Below are positions 13,177 to 27,423 of a stretch of DNA of 64,000 bases, in pieces; within the stretch, counting starts at the first letter, position 1, and each line of letters opens with the position of its first letter. Made by a program: the position numbers and the translations under genes. A model generated the notes under the pieces. The model had not been told where the DNA came from, ran no database searches, and saw only the letters and a program-made list of their open reading frames with translations. This DNA comes from the human T2T-CHM13v2.0 reference genome, Homo sapiens, in assembly GCF_009914755.1 (NCBI RefSeq), contig NC_060926.1; one strand, 5' to 3'.

Positions 13177-15357
13177 GTAGGATTTTTGATGTTTTATTAA
13201 TACTTTTGAGATTTTATTTTCATGTCAAAATTTTAATGCTCTTACAGCCATTCATGGTTGAAATGGTTTGCTTTTAGCCTTTCAAAATTGCTACTCATAG
13301 CATGAAAGAATCTGCTTATAGTAGCTGTAAGAATCTTAAAAGTAATTGGTTTAAGCACTTGGTGGCAGTACAGACTAAGTGCACTATTGTGTATTTTATT
13401 GTAGAGGTTGGAGTAAAAATGCACAAATGATTTTTAGAGAAGTTTCTAGGATTACTTTAAAGATAGGATCTCAGCAACTATACATTTCATTTGTTTATTT
13501 TACTCACCAATTTTACCAATGTACTTTTTCCCTGTTAATAAGTTCTTTTTACTTGTTTGTTATGAGGACTGTAATTTTGTGAACTATAATTACATAGGTT
13601 TAAAGATGAGACTTAGTATTACTCAACATTTATTGAAATAAATTGTTTTATGAATCTGCGTATTTATATTCATACACATTTATTTTAAATCTTATAAAAT
13701 GGAGAGTATTTTTATTCAAAATTCAAAAAATCTGTAGAAAATATGCATATATAAACCTTATAATTCCATGGTACATTTACATTTCATTAAGTGGCCAGCT
13801 TTTGTTGATAATCATGGATACATCATTTTAATTATGGTTTAGTTTATATAAGTAACATTATTTTCTTGCATTTGGTCATAGAGTCCCAAATTTATGTAAT
13901 TGTTCTTCAAGAAATCTAAGACTTATACAAAAATATATGGCATTTGTTTTGTAATTGCTCCTATTATACTTAAGGAGGACTAATGACTCAGAAGAGACAT
14001 TAACCACTCTTTAACACATATATTTTACCTATAGTGAGTATTTTTTTTTCATTTGCAAAGCTTCCTCTGCTCTTGATGACCATATGGCATGTGCAATCTA
14101 CTTCCTAAACCCCATTTGTTTGATTATTTCCTCATAGCAAGAATATTGTCTATGGTATATGTCGTGAGAACATAGCACATATGAATACTTCTGTCATAAC
14201 CAAAAGCAGTAGGTGAATGAATTGAAAAGGTCTGTTAGTAAAGGGAACCATAAAAATGATACATTTATACCTTAGTGTTCTATTTCAATGTAAAACAAGT
14301 GCCTGTACATTCATATGCTAGTCTTTTGATGTAAGGTCGTGACTTTTTCTTATATGTCTATCGTTTGGAATTCTACACAATATTTCTTACCTAAGCCATG
14401 CCAATAATGCATCTTCTACAATTTCAATTTGTCATTTCTTTTATCTAAAATAAGAACTTCAGACAACTTCAGATGATCTCCCCACCTTTTTGTAACATTA
14501 ATTTTCATTGACAGTAATTCTGTTTATCCTTCTCATATTTCATCACCATAACTAATGTTTATACTACAATAACAAACACAACTGGCTTATAAACAGGTTT
14601 AGGACCAAACTCTTGGGACTCTTTACAATCATGAACCTTGGCTGATGGGAGTGGCCAATGCTGGTCTACTTGTGTGATTAGAGAGCTCTGAGCAGTTGGG
14701 GTTCAGTGAGTGCAGCTTGTGTGTTTTGTGGAGATAATGGAACGTGTTAGTCAATACAGCAATTAAGTGGAGGTTAAGGGAAAAGCTTCTATTAAATGAA
14801 AATGTGGAGAAGAAACAGAGGGAAACATTTAGCTCTCAGTCAAAGGCAAAATATGGATTTCAGCTTAATTTATTTCCAGCCTTTGGAAAGACAGCTGTCC
14901 TGATTACTACTACTGCAACTCAAGGAATAATGGTTTTGTAACAATCTTCACTAGTTAGCCTATTAGGAGGGAAGGCTGTCACATTATTAGTTTATTAGTA
15001 GAAAAATAAATCGGTAAAGGAAAAATAATCACTAGTCTCTTAGAGTAACATACCGCAGTGGAAGATTAAGTTGTGACTTTGGGACAACTTACTTACATGG
15101 GACACTTTTTGCCTGTCTACTTCATTTCCAATTGGTCTCATTTTCTGCTTCCTTATACTACTATTTCTTTTTTTGCTGTGTGTGTTTGTCAGTCTCCCAA
15201 ACACATGGCAAAAGTAGTAGTTTATTCTGCGACTTCTTTCTCTGTACTCTCATTCTATACTACCAGTCCTTAACTAGACATAATATAAAACTCAATTTAA
15301 AATTGTTAGTGTTTCTCAAATAGTTTCATAATCTGTGTTCTTAATTTTAAAACCAGT

Positions 15358-15665
<308 letters not shown>

Positions 15666-16650
15666 CAGATACCACCCCCTCTACAGACATACACATACAG
15701 AATCTTAGTAAGTCTACAATACAGTGTTTATTGACCCAATTATATACTTTTTTAAGGAAAAAAGAAAGTTGTTTTTTTTTTTTTTTGTGCTTGGGGACTA
15801 TGTATTTTTAAAATTTATTTTTGTTTTTCATTTGCCATCAGTGGAAGGAAAGTTCTTCAGCTATGGTGTGTAGGTTTCTTAACTTCAAAAATATAGCAGT
15901 AAAAGTAATGACAATGATAATGGAAATAATATCAATAACAATGCTTTGCTAAGCCTCTATAAGTGCCAGGATTCAGCTGCTGTATACACACACTATGTCT
16001 GACCTTTGTATTTCTATAAGGCAGTTATTATTTTTCTCTCTCTCTCTCGTTTCTCCTTCTCTGTCACATACATATACGAGACTCAGACACCTTGCGAATC
16101 ACAAAGAAAGAATTTGTGTCAGATCTGGTTAACCCAAAGGCAAACTACAAAATAGTGAATAAGCCATGCATTATTTTAAATAAACAAAATGAAAAAAATC
16201 TCTGCTTTTATAGTTGGGCATACAATTTTGCCAGTAATACACAACTATATGACCTATGATTTGGGCAAAATGCATGACAAGCACGACCTAGGATAATTGC
16301 TATAAACTTAAATATTAAAATAAGTAGTTAGATTGTGTTTAAGTGCAGAATAATTATGTTTTTTTCCCCTCTGGAGAAACAGATTTATCAAAATGTGTTT
16401 TTATAATGTTTTTCTAACAAGGTCATAATAAAATAAATGCATATTAAAATCCAGGTAATTTAAAAATCATTGATGTATTACTAGTTTGCATTTTCATAGA
16501 GTATGGTTTCATAGGCCAAAGAACCAGACAGATTTTAAATTAAATTAGTTTAGAGAGTTTTTGAGCTCTGATTTAGGTAGATGTCTTTCTTCTACTCTTA
16601 CACGATGCTTCCCATCAGCCTAGAACATGTCTTTCAGTGACTGCCACTAG

Positions 16651-16872
16651 TTGTTTGTTTGTTTGTTTGTTTTGTTTTTTGAGATGGAGTCTCGCTCTCT
16701 TGCCCAGACTGGAGCGCAGTGGTGTGATCTCGGCTCACTGCAGACTCCGATTCCCAGGTTCAAGGGATTCTCCTGCCTCAGCCTCCTGAGTAGCTGGGAC
16801 CACAGGTGCCTGCCACCACACTTGGCTAATTTTTGTATTTTTAGAAGAGACAGGGTTTCACCATTGTGGCCA
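16651..16872 (-). mobile_element. 5'-truncated AluS with (TTTG)n tail
   Basis: Right monomer plus part of the left; flanked by 'agttgttt' on both sides. Confidence 0.9.
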
Positions 16873-17039
16873 AGTTGTTTAAAAATTTTTTTTTCTTATC
16901 CGGAGAACTCCCCATCAAACCTATGCTGTTTCCTCATATCCTGCTCATTGTCTCTAAGGAGGCTGACAAAAGTGCGGACTGAATTAATAGCCTCCACTTG
17001 TCCTTGCCATTCTCCCCTGCCATCGGGTTCTCTTCCTTT

Positions 17040-18195
17040 CCTCTCCTGAAACTGCTCTTGCCGGTCATTAGCCACTCCCCGTGTCCACCACCAGTCATCA
17101 CTCACTCATTCTCATTTTCTTCACCTCTGACCACTCCTGCTTTTCCTCTCCTGACTCCTATTATTTGCATGATTCTAGTTTTCCTGCTGACTCCCAGGCT
17201 CATATCCTTCTCAGCATCTTCAGTGAGCTGCTCCTCTCTGGCCAGATTTCTGGTTGATAGGTTGGCCCTAGACTCAACTTTATAGCTTCATCTTTTCACT
17301 CTCATTTGCAGGTGGCCTCTTCCATTCTCTGGCTTTAAATACTTTCCATATGGTGGTGTCTCCACCATGATGTCTCTCCTGAGCTTGAATATCTAATAGG
17401 TTTCTCCAAATTTTCATCTGTCCAAAAAATAACTTTGGTTTTCCCCCAAAAGACCTAATCTTCTCCTTATCTCCCTCATTTTTGCAAACGTACCAAATCT
17501 GTGTGAACTTACTCAAGCTAAAAGCCTAGGAGTCATTTTAATTCCTCATTCCCTCACCCTGCAATTCCCACCATTAAATCTACCAGAAAGTCTGATAGGT
17601 CTTTCCTCCAGAATATATTAATTTTTTCCCCACTTCTTTCTACCTGTATTACTGTGGTCATTTCTCATACTCTTGCAAAAGCCTCCTAATTTACCCTGTC
17701 TTACCCCACAATAATTCACTGGTGTCACAATAGCCAAACATATTTTGAAAATGTAAATCAGATCATCAGATTTCCTGCTTTAAATACAATGATGTCTTCC
17801 CCTTGTTGAAAAAATAAAACCCAAACTTACTACTGTGTGGCCTTTGCAAGATGAGACTCTTGCCTACCTCCTTGGCTGCATGCTCTCCCACTCTCCCTTG
17901 CCCTATCTCCTCAATGACACCAGTCTTCTCACTATTCTGCAAACATGCCACACTTATTCCTACTCCAAGGTCTTTCCACTACCTTCTCCACAGACTCCCA
18001 GTATTACTTCTCCAGTTTTTACATGTCTAGCTCATTCTAACCTCTCTTAGCTCAAATGTTACCTCCTCAGAGAGGCAGTGCCTGAAAAATGTAGCTAATA
18101 TTTTTATTCCTCACTCCCTTAGTCACTTTCAGTCCTTTCATTCTACTTTATTTCATTCATGGTTCTCAGTAGGCATGCAGTGTTTTCCTAGTTTA
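17040..18195 (+). mobile_element. L2 fragment
   Basis: Pyrimidine-rich, with 'ctcctgaaactgctcttg', 'aaagcctaggagtcatt' and 'ctcaaatgttacctcctcagagagg'. Confidence 0.7.
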
Positions 18196-18197
18196 TG

Positions 18198-18480
18198 TGT
18201 GGCAGAGATGGGTAGATGCTCACCAATCCAGTTTCCTCTTCTCTGAGCCCATTGGGAGATTATATCTTCAGTTTGGAATTGAACTTGGGAATTTGGCCAT
18301 GTGCCTAAAAATGACCAAAGGCAGTGCATATCACTTCCAGACCTAACCCCTAAGACTTCCAGTGGGATTCACTGTTGACTTTGAAAGTTCTAAGCCATGT
18401 GATAGAAGAAGCACGGTTCCCTGAAACATTTGTTGGTTGTAGAGTTCTCCAAACTTTATCAAGCTTTAATCTTCCAGACT
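18198..18480 (+). mobile_element. MLT1-family LTR fragment
   Basis: Begins 'tgtggcagaga'; contains 'ggccatgtgcctaa' and 'tcacttccagacct'. Confidence 0.55.
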
Positions 18481-18564
18481 AATGAGCTATCTCTTTGTGA
18501 AATTAGATGTTAGGCCACATATGATAAATGAATTTTAAAAATAAAAATATTGAAGAGATTTTCA

Positions 18565-19530
18565 CATTCACTCATTCACACAAAAAAATGTTATTGAACA
18601 CGTGTCAGGCACTACTCTGGGCAGTTAACTAACTAGACAGAAATCTGTTCTGAGGGAGATTACATTGATTGAAGGAAGAGGTAATAAGCCAATAGTGAAC
18701 ACATGCTGTATTTGATGGCCATAAATGCTGTAGAAAAACATAAAGTGAGACAGAGGGAAACTGAGTGTAGGATGAATTCAGTTTTAAAGAGAGTGACCGG
18801 GACTTTTCTTGAGAAAGTGATATGTAAGGGAAACCTGAAGCAGGTGATGAAGTGAGACATGTGGAGCACTAGGAAGAAAATTAGAGTCAGAGAGAACAGC
18901 AAATGCAAAGCCCTTGAGGTGGGAGCATATCCAAAATATTGTGGGAACAGCAAGGGGTCCGGCATGGACAGAATAAGTGACCCTGGAGAATAGGAGGGGG
19001 AATATAAAGTTATGTACTTGGGGATCAAAGAGCCTGTGACTTAGGGCCTTATAAATCATGGTAAAGAGGACTTTGAATTTTAATCTGAGAATGTCAGGAA
19101 GGTATTAGAGGATTTTGAACAGAAGAATTACACAGTTTTACATACATAAAAACAAGGTGTCTGTAACTGCTGTGAGGAAATTATACTGTTATAGGGGTCA
19201 AGAATAGAAGCTGGTAGACTAGTTAGCAACTATTTCAGTAATCCAAGAAAAGTATAAGGTTTCCTGGAGTAAGTTGACAGTGATATAGAGGCTAATGAAT
19301 AGTCAGATTTTCATTATTTTTTTGATAGGAGAGTCGACAGGATTTTCTGTTGGGCTGGTTGTGGAGTGAAAGAAAGAATTTAAGAATGATTCCAAGGTTT
19401 TTGGCCTGAGAACAGGAAGAATAGAGTGACCATTAATTTATATGGGGAAGACTGAGGGAGGAACAGGTTTGAACAGGTTTGACATGTTAAATGATTGATG
19501 GTAATTAAACTTCTAAGTGAACTTAGATAT
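18565..19530 (-). mobile_element. L2a
   Basis: 'cattcactcattca...ttattgaacacgtgtcaggcact', 'aacagcaaatgcaaagcccttgaggtggga' and 'gattccaaggtttttggcctgag'. Confidence 0.8.
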
Positions 19531-19704
19531 ACATAGGACACCTTGGACTGTGCTGTGAACAAAGTTCATAACTGTGTATGCTGCCTAGCGAACAGGTTCA
19601 TGTCAGTACTATTCCTTGTATTTTAATTGAAACAGACACCAGAAATAAAGTTACTAAGTAGCTTTTACTGTGAAAATATGGGCATTATAGAAATGTAACT
19701 TTTG

Positions 19705-19875
19705 GAAAACATATAATTTAATTATTATATATGGATATGTATAATATAAGCTTTAAGTATAAAGCTTAAGTACTTAATTATACATATCCATATATACATA
19801 TCCATATATATAATGCTTAAGTACTTAATTATATTTATCCATATATAAACTATATTAATTAAATTATATGTTTTC
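19705..19875. repeat. AT-rich fold-back palindrome with internal direct repeats
   Basis: Perfect 20-bp inverted arms at 19705-19724 and 19856-19875, with further nested inverted matches. Confidence 0.9.
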
Positions 19876-21649
19876 AAGAGAGTATGTTATATTTTAAAAT
19901 GTGAGTTTTGAAATTAAATATTTTGAAAATAATTATAGATATGTATTTTTCCAATGGATATTTAGAATAAGCTTAAATTATGTTGTAATTTTTATGTTTA
20001 CATCCCATCAAAACAAACAAACAATATATTAGAGCCAAGTCTATATTTAAATTTTGCATTTCTAAGAGAAAGAACTTATACTCCATTTAGCTTCAAGAAA
20101 ATTCCCCTTAGGAAGGTGATAATTACATACAATTGAAACACTTGTGATCATTACTTATAAGTATTTTACAGAATAATTTAAAATATTTTCTATAATATAA
20201 AGATACAGTCTGCTAGTTTTACAGTTTATTATCAAAGTACTAAGGTATTCAGCTATCTTCTATTAAATAATAATATTTATGCCATTAAATTTTAAGAAGA
20301 AAGGTGTACAATATGCAGCAAATATAAACATTCATTTTAATGAGCTATTTATCTTTTTGGGGTGTGTTCTATGAATAAATACATTATCTAATTAGTAGAT
20401 TCAATTTTCGATTTATTTCAGATTGTCTTTAGAGCCATTGCATGTGTTTGTCTTCAACTTTAAAGTAAGTTTGTTTAGACATTGGGTTTTAAAACCTGAG
20501 CAACTATCATCTTCCAGAAGGTGTTCTACCTTGTTTTTTTTTTTTTTTATGGTCAACTCACAGCCAAAATTATGGAAAGGCTTTATCGTTGGTCACAGAT
20601 GATGCACAGAGCATTTTCAATTCCAGTGTTTCATAGACTCGGTGATAGACCGACAGTTGCCCTCCTGGGACTGTAAACATTTTTCATTCTCTTTTAATTA
20701 TCTAGATCTATATTAATAACCACAGTGACCTATAAGAAGGCATTGTTGGCCATACTATAATTATATATAGCAATTATGTGTAGTGCCAACAATACATAAA
20801 AATCCCACCCTTTAACTACGGTTGGTAAGAAATGAAACTATGCTTTTCTGCCTTAGGATATAGTTTCAGTTTTTGAAAAATTAAGACATTCCATTTTTAC
20901 ATAAAACTTTTTCTGGAGTATATTATTATGGTAAGGCAGGTCTATTTCCATGGACTGACAATACATTAAGAATATTCCAATAAATATAGAAAGCATCTCT
21001 CACTCCAGCTTCCTCCTTAGCTACATACTGGTATTTCCTATTACATACTGTATAACAGAAAGGGAAATGCAAGTTCAAAGCAAAGGTTAATCTTTGTAAT
21101 GCAGAATGTCAGAGAAGATGGTTTAGAACAAGTACCAATATATCTCTTGTTCTCTTTGAAAATTTATTTAGTATTTCAAACTATATTATATTCACACATG
21201 TACTCATTATTCTGTTTAAATAATTAAAGGTGGCAAGACATGGTGAAGTATGAGCAATCAGTAGTTTTGATTTAGGTGAAGCACCCATCAAGTAATGGCA
21301 GTAGTAATTGCCATTTGCCAATGTCTTGGCAAGTTGAGGTGAAACCAATGTCTTTAGTCCGTGTTAAAGTCAATGCATGTGGAATGGTATCCCATAATTG
21401 ACTTACTTATTTTTTTTATGATGAATGGGTTGTAAACATCAGTGCCTGTGTCATAGATCTAAATCTTAAACCAATTTTGGCAATTTCTTATAGGGCCATG
21501 ACTAGAGAATGATATTGTCATATTGGTTTATATCATTAAATTTTTCATATTAAAAGTGCTTTTATAGTCTAATAGAAAGTAATAAAACTTTTATTAGATT
21601 TATACACCAAACATATAAAACAATATTGATGCTCTGATTTCAATTTTTA

Positions 21650-22570
21650 AACTCCTGACATTATCCCAAGCTGCAATGACTGTTAATTCAGAGTACCTCA
21701 TGAAATAGGACATTTCAACTTGCATGTCTTGTGAGCACCTCAAATTTAGCAGGTCTCAATACCAGCTCTCCTTTTTCATCATTTTCCTCATCTTCATGCT
21801 CACCAACTTTCTCCCATTTTATTTAATGTTATTATCATCCATATGGTCATCTAAGATGACCTGTGAGTCTTTTTAACATCCTCTTTACCACTTATTTGTC
21901 ACATGCAATCCATCACTTAAGCCTGTGTATTTTATGTCCAAAATGAGTTGTTCAGTCATTCACGTCTGTCAAAGACCATCATCTGTCACTTAGGCTTCCC
22001 CAGCAGTTTCCCATGGTCTGCCTCCAGTCACTCCTCCAACTTGAATTTATCCTTCCTACTGCCATCATAGTAGTCTTTCTAAAATAGAGATCCAATATCT
22101 TATTTGTGCTTTAAAATCTTTATTTTTCAAGCCCTTAAGACACATTTGGCTCTTCCCTATGTAGCTCTAACCAATTTTTTTTTCTAGTTCTATTGTGTCC
22201 TTTGCTTCTGCACCCCTTATGCTCTATATTCAATGAAATCCCTTCATGTGTTCATGCATTGGCTCATGTTCCTTTGACCATTATGTCTGTTACCTCCTTT
22301 TTCCACTTGCAAATATTCAAGCAACCTAAAGTATGTTTCTATACTATACTAGAGCTCCTTTCTGTTCTCTTGATACTAGGTACATAACATAGAAAATGCA
22401 TAATACAGGGGTGCATAGAACAGATCCTATGGATTCTAATGATTTATTTTTGTGTCTGTGTCTCCCAACACCACAGTAAGGACTCTTGAGAGCACAGATC
22501 ATATCTTGTCACTATGAATAGTCCCTGACAGATAGGAAGTGACTTAATATGTGTTGAAAGAATGAATGCA
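21650..22570 (+). mobile_element. L2 fragments
   Basis: 'gcacctcaaatttagcaggtctcaa' and a terminal 'tgttgaaagaatgaatg'. Confidence 0.6.
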
Positions 22571-24119
22571 TGACTTAAGTTATTATGAGTGCCTATAGTT
22601 CTATAGCCAGGTTTTTCAACATACTGTGTATTATCTACTTATAACCTGGCTATCACCAGCTGTCACCCTCTCTTTTAAAATTTATTTAGCTTGAATGTCA
22701 AGAAATTTATATGAATGCCTGTGGTATAATTTTCCTACTCATTATCATAACCATAACTGGCATTCTCTGTGCATATAGGGTAGCTATAAACACTACTCTC
22801 GTAATAATTAGAGTTACTTCTGTCATATGCTCATGACCAAATTCTCTTGCCCTTTTCAGAAAGCACAAAAGAGGATCCCTTTTTTTCAGCCTGCCTTATT
22901 CTCTCAGAATTCTAGGTTTCTTACTCTTGCTTGTCTGTTTTCTCAACAGTCATCCCCCAATTCTCATACGGACTTTCTTGTCCCTGTTTCCAGACACTGG
23001 TTTCTTTAGTATTCCTAAGACTTTCACTGGATTCTTGAATCTTCTGCTTTTTCCTCATCTATTTGGCCTTCTCGATTCTAAATTTTGACAGCCAGTTAAC
23101 CTTTAAACTTGAGCTTGCTAAACTGACACCTGGGTTTTCACTCCATAATCTCCCAGTTCTATTCTTTAACTGTCCAATCAGATTCTTTTGGCACCTGTAT
23201 TTCATATCATTCTCCATTTGGGGAATGAGGATACACCTGACAAACCCACAGAATGCTTTCATGGGGAAACTCAGTAACAAATATAAATTTAGAGTATATT
23301 GTGTATTCTGGATTGAATCCATGGGCTTAGGACTTTTCAATTGATGAAGAGTATATGAAAGGAAAACTAGGCATTTCAGGTACATTTGATATATGAATGT
23401 CACAGATATGGAGTAAAATGTAGTCAAAATCTCCTCCCTTTTTCAATAAGACCACCAATAGGAGGAAGATAATTGATTTGGTCAAGGCCAAGAATATAAT
23501 TGGGTCATATCGCTAAAACTTGCAACTTTATGTGAGAGGAGAAAAGTGGTCTTGAATCGAGAAAAACCCAGTTATTTCCCCTTGGTTTTCTTCACGCATT
23601 CAATGGTTGTATACTCAATTCCTACCTTGTGTTCTAAACATTAGGAATTAAATGGTAAGTGAGAGAGAGAGACAGAGATTTATTTCTGTGCTTCTTTTTA
23701 TCATTACACTAGTACAACCTAGAGATCCAATTATTGACTATGGGCCTAGAAGAAAAGGACAGAGAACGACCAATGTTATTTTAGGCCTTAGAGTGGGGTG
23801 GTAGGTAATAGGTTGAAGGAGTCCAGCTGTCATATTTGAGAGCGGAGATAAACTAGTTTGCATTTACCCAGAGTTCTTTTTGCATATTTTCTTCAGAAGG
23901 AATTAAAAGGTGCCCGAGCAAGGACTTGGGCCTCCTAGTGTCCAAACAGCTCTAGCCCCTAATCACGGCAAAGCAATATCAGGAAAGGGATAAGAAAGTT
24001 GAAACTGTGTAGGTCATGAGTAATGAGATAATATGTTTTATGGTATACAAACACATGGGTAATTCTTGGTGAGGGTAGAGACCGTTCCCAGAGGGGAAAA
24101 AGTACCTGTATATTTCTAA

Positions 24120-24209
24120 TCTCCTATCCAAGTACTCACCAGGTCTAACCCTGGTTAGCTTCCAAGTTTTGACAAGTTAGGGCATGTTGAGTGTGGAATG
24201 GCCATGGAC
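24120..24209 (-). pseudogene. 5S rRNA retropseudogene, nt 1-90 only (tailless)
   Basis: The reverse complement aligns without gaps to 5S nt 1-90 (70/90 identical by hand count against the recalled human 5S); diverged 17-bp flanking duplication. Confidence 0.92.
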
Positions 24210-25205
24210 TGCACATTCCTGATCTCAATAGGGAATTCTAGACTAAATCTTTTAAGGTAACTTGTTTCTGCAATAATTCTTGCAGATGCCATTGACAAGT
24301 TTTATAACTTTCATTTTGTTATGTTAAATTGGGCTAATAACAACTTCTCAAGAAGCCTAACAAATTGTTGATATTAGGTATCATTTTCCTTGCTTTAGTA
24401 ATAATATTGAACATTTATTAAGCTGATAATATTAACTGCCTGAGAAATTGTGATCTAGGAATAGAAAGAATTTACCTGCATTTGTTTTACATTTATGCTT
24501 AAGGAAACTGAAATAACAGCACTTGGTGAAAAAAATATACGTCTATGTCCAAATTTTCTAGCTTTTCTTCCTAATATTTTCTTATGCAAAACACTATCAG
24601 GGAACTGACATGATAATGCCAGAAATTCTCTTCAGAGGAAGCTGAATTAGTATGTCTTAAGACCTGCTCTGTGTATTTAAACAGAATGATTGGGAAATAA
24701 CTACCGTAATTTCTTAGTGATAATTTTGAGACTTTTTCTCCTTTTGTGCAAAATGTTGTAGTACATTTAAGTCTAGTTGTTTATTACATGACAATAGAGT
24801 ATACTTTTCCTTTTTGTGCTTGGCAGAGAATGTACATTTATTTGTGATGTTTATGTAGATATTAAAAATAGATATTGGACTTACTATATACTAAAGCTTA
24901 GTTGTTCTAGAAAAGTAATTTTATCGATTTTAATCTTTACTGCTAGTCATATTGCTATTTACTTATTTTTCTTTTTAAAAAACAAGCCAACAAAAAATTC
25001 CTGAAAATTGTTAATTAACAGATTTAGATACTGAATTAGCCCAATCAAATGATGTCTTAGGCTATTAACCAAAGTGGTTTAAGAATTACATACATTTATT
25101 TTTATTTAGCTATTTCCAAAGTGATTTTTTAATTTAAATAGTGGCTTTTATTCTGGAATAGGACATAGTAAGTAAAACCTTTAAAAAAAATTCAAACGTT
25201 GTATC

Positions 25206-25508
25206 TTTGTTGTTGTTGCTGTTCTTTTTTGAGACAGAATCTCATCCTGTCACTCAGGCTGGAGAGCAGTGGCATGAAGAGGGCTCAGTGCAGCCTGGAC
25301 CCCCAGGGATCAAGCAGTCCTCCTGTCTCAGCCTCCCCCGTAGCTGAGACCACTGGCATGCACCAGCTATTTAAAAAATTTTTTTTTTCTGTAGAGATGG
25401 GGTCTTGCCATGTTTCCCAGGCTGATCTTAAATTCCTGGGCTCAAGCGATTCTTCTGCCTCAGCCTCCCAAATTGCTAGGATTACAGGCATGAGCCACTG
25501 CACCTGTC
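25206..25508 (-). mobile_element. AluJ (Jo-like)
   Basis: Diverged dimer with 'cctgggctcaagcgattc'. Confidence 0.92.
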
Positions 25509-25714
25509 TCAAAATTTCCTTTTTATACAAGGAACCACATTTATAAATAAAAATATTTTATTTTTTATTTGTTCACCCTACTATAAAGTCATTTAGATGA
25601 AAGTAGAAACTTTGAAATAATAGGCTAAATAAAAATGTGATTTATGAATTAGTTTATGAATTTCTATTAAGAGATCAGCAAACAGTTATGCTTAAATCTT
25701 GGATGATGTTACCA

Positions 25715-26010
25715 CAATGATGATCACAATGAACATTTTTTGAAAAGTTGAACCAATCACGTTAAAGGCTTTTCACATAATTTCTCATTTAATCCTATGA
25801 ACAGTTCTTTAATATGGTACTATTATTCATCCATTTTACAGAGGAGTATATAGCAGTTGCCCACTTTCCCATCTGAATATCTGAATCTCCTACTGGCTAT
25901 CAACTTCTTTGGGAAAGAACTGGCTCTTCTTTACATATTCTAGCATAGTAGAGCTTATGACAACATAGTTGGCACTTAAAACACAGTGACTTGATGAATG
26001 AATGAGTTCC
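25715..26010. mobile_element. MIR (minus) followed by an L2 tail (plus)
   Basis: 'tctcatttaatcct...ccattttacagagg'; 'acatagttggcacttaaa...tgaatgaatga'. Confidence 0.55.
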
Positions 26011-26111
26011 TAGAAAACAGTGAGTCTGAATTTTCTAGTCAAGTCATATGTACAACAGAAGGGTCAAATATAGGTGAGTTTTAAAGACTCTTCTTAATAA
26101 GTATGAGTTAG

Positions 26112-26318
26112 CCAGTTTCTCAACCTTAGACATTTACCCTTGATTCCCATCTATATATCATGAAAATTTAATAGTACCGATTACTATGTATCTGTTTATG
26201 TATCTTGGACTTTTGGAAGTCCACAAAACATTCTAATATCTAATATTGTTTCACCTCCCCCATGAATCAATTTTTTGCCTCTGTTGGGGCAGCTTTGCTC
26301 TGATTGAGAATATATGAG
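26112..26318. mobile_element. Probable hAT-Charlie MITE remnant
   Basis: Terminal 'tttctcaacc' ... 'attgagaa' inverted motifs. Confidence 0.4.
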
Positions 26319-26892
26319 TTAAGCAATGGGTGAAGACATTGAAATGTTGATTTCCTCAGAAAGGAGGGATGTAGGGTTTTGCTCTTTGCCTACCTTCTTT
26401 ATGTGCCTCACCATCTTGTTTTCACAGTGCTTCCTTTTAGATATCTTTATGACATTGCCATAAAAGGTCATGTTGGCATATTACCTTAAAATACTGAAAA
26501 GGTACCATTTTAGAAGAACATTTGATGATGAAGTGAAGCAACAGCCCCATTGCTCCTCACCACCCCTCATGCCCTTCAGGTCTGATTTAACCTGTAATGT
26601 GACTTCAATATTTTAAGGTGAGATCAACCTTTTCTTTTTGGAGAGGTATTCATAAAAAGGCTAATGACCCACTTGTGCTCATAAGGAATGACACAGGGAA
26701 ACCTGGGGGACAAAGCTACCAACTTTTCTTCTTTGGAGGAAATTTTCCCTTAGCTTAGCACTATCCTTAAAAACAAATCATTAAACAAGAACAATTTTGT
26801 GACAAGGAATAAAGGGAAATTGGTAAATGAAAGTGAAATGGTAAAATACAGAGGTTTAAGAGTTTAAAATTAAATAAATTAAAATGTGGAAA

Positions 26893-27423
26893 TGTAACCG
26901 GACCCAGGTTCAGCTCCTCACCACTTGAAAGCCAAACACAGGAGGTGAGGGTTAGTGGGAGGAAAAGCAGGTTTTAATTGGAAAGCCAGCAAACTGAGAA
27001 CATAGTGAACTAGTACTCTAAAATACCATCTTAAATTTTACAGTTTACCATAGGATTTTTTAAGGGGAACTTTGTATGGCAGACATGTGGGAGTGGTGCA
27101 GGGTGCAGGGTCTGCGTGTCTTGTTCTCGTGGCTATCTTGTGAGTTATTGCTGGTCTGGAAGTCTGATTGGCATTATCTTCACTCTCCCCAATAGTGGTG
27201 GAATGATTGTTTGTGACTCTTGCTAAGCGGAAGGACTATGCAGGGGCTCCATGCCTGGTTTGTAGCAAGATTAGATTTTGGAATTTCTTAAGCAAGAACA
27301 TAATTAGATTAGCATGCATTGCCAGAGGGCAGTGTGTAGAGAGGGAAGGAATGAAGAAGTGAAAGTGGAGGGAAGGAAGAAAAAGAAAGAGGGTGATATT
27401 TAAAACCTGGGTCCCTGGTTATG
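26893..27423 (-). mobile_element. ERV1-class solo LTR (family uncertain)
   Basis: tgtaacc...ggttatg termini, about 530 bp, 'ggaaaagcaggttttaattggaaagccagc' motif. Confidence 0.65.
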
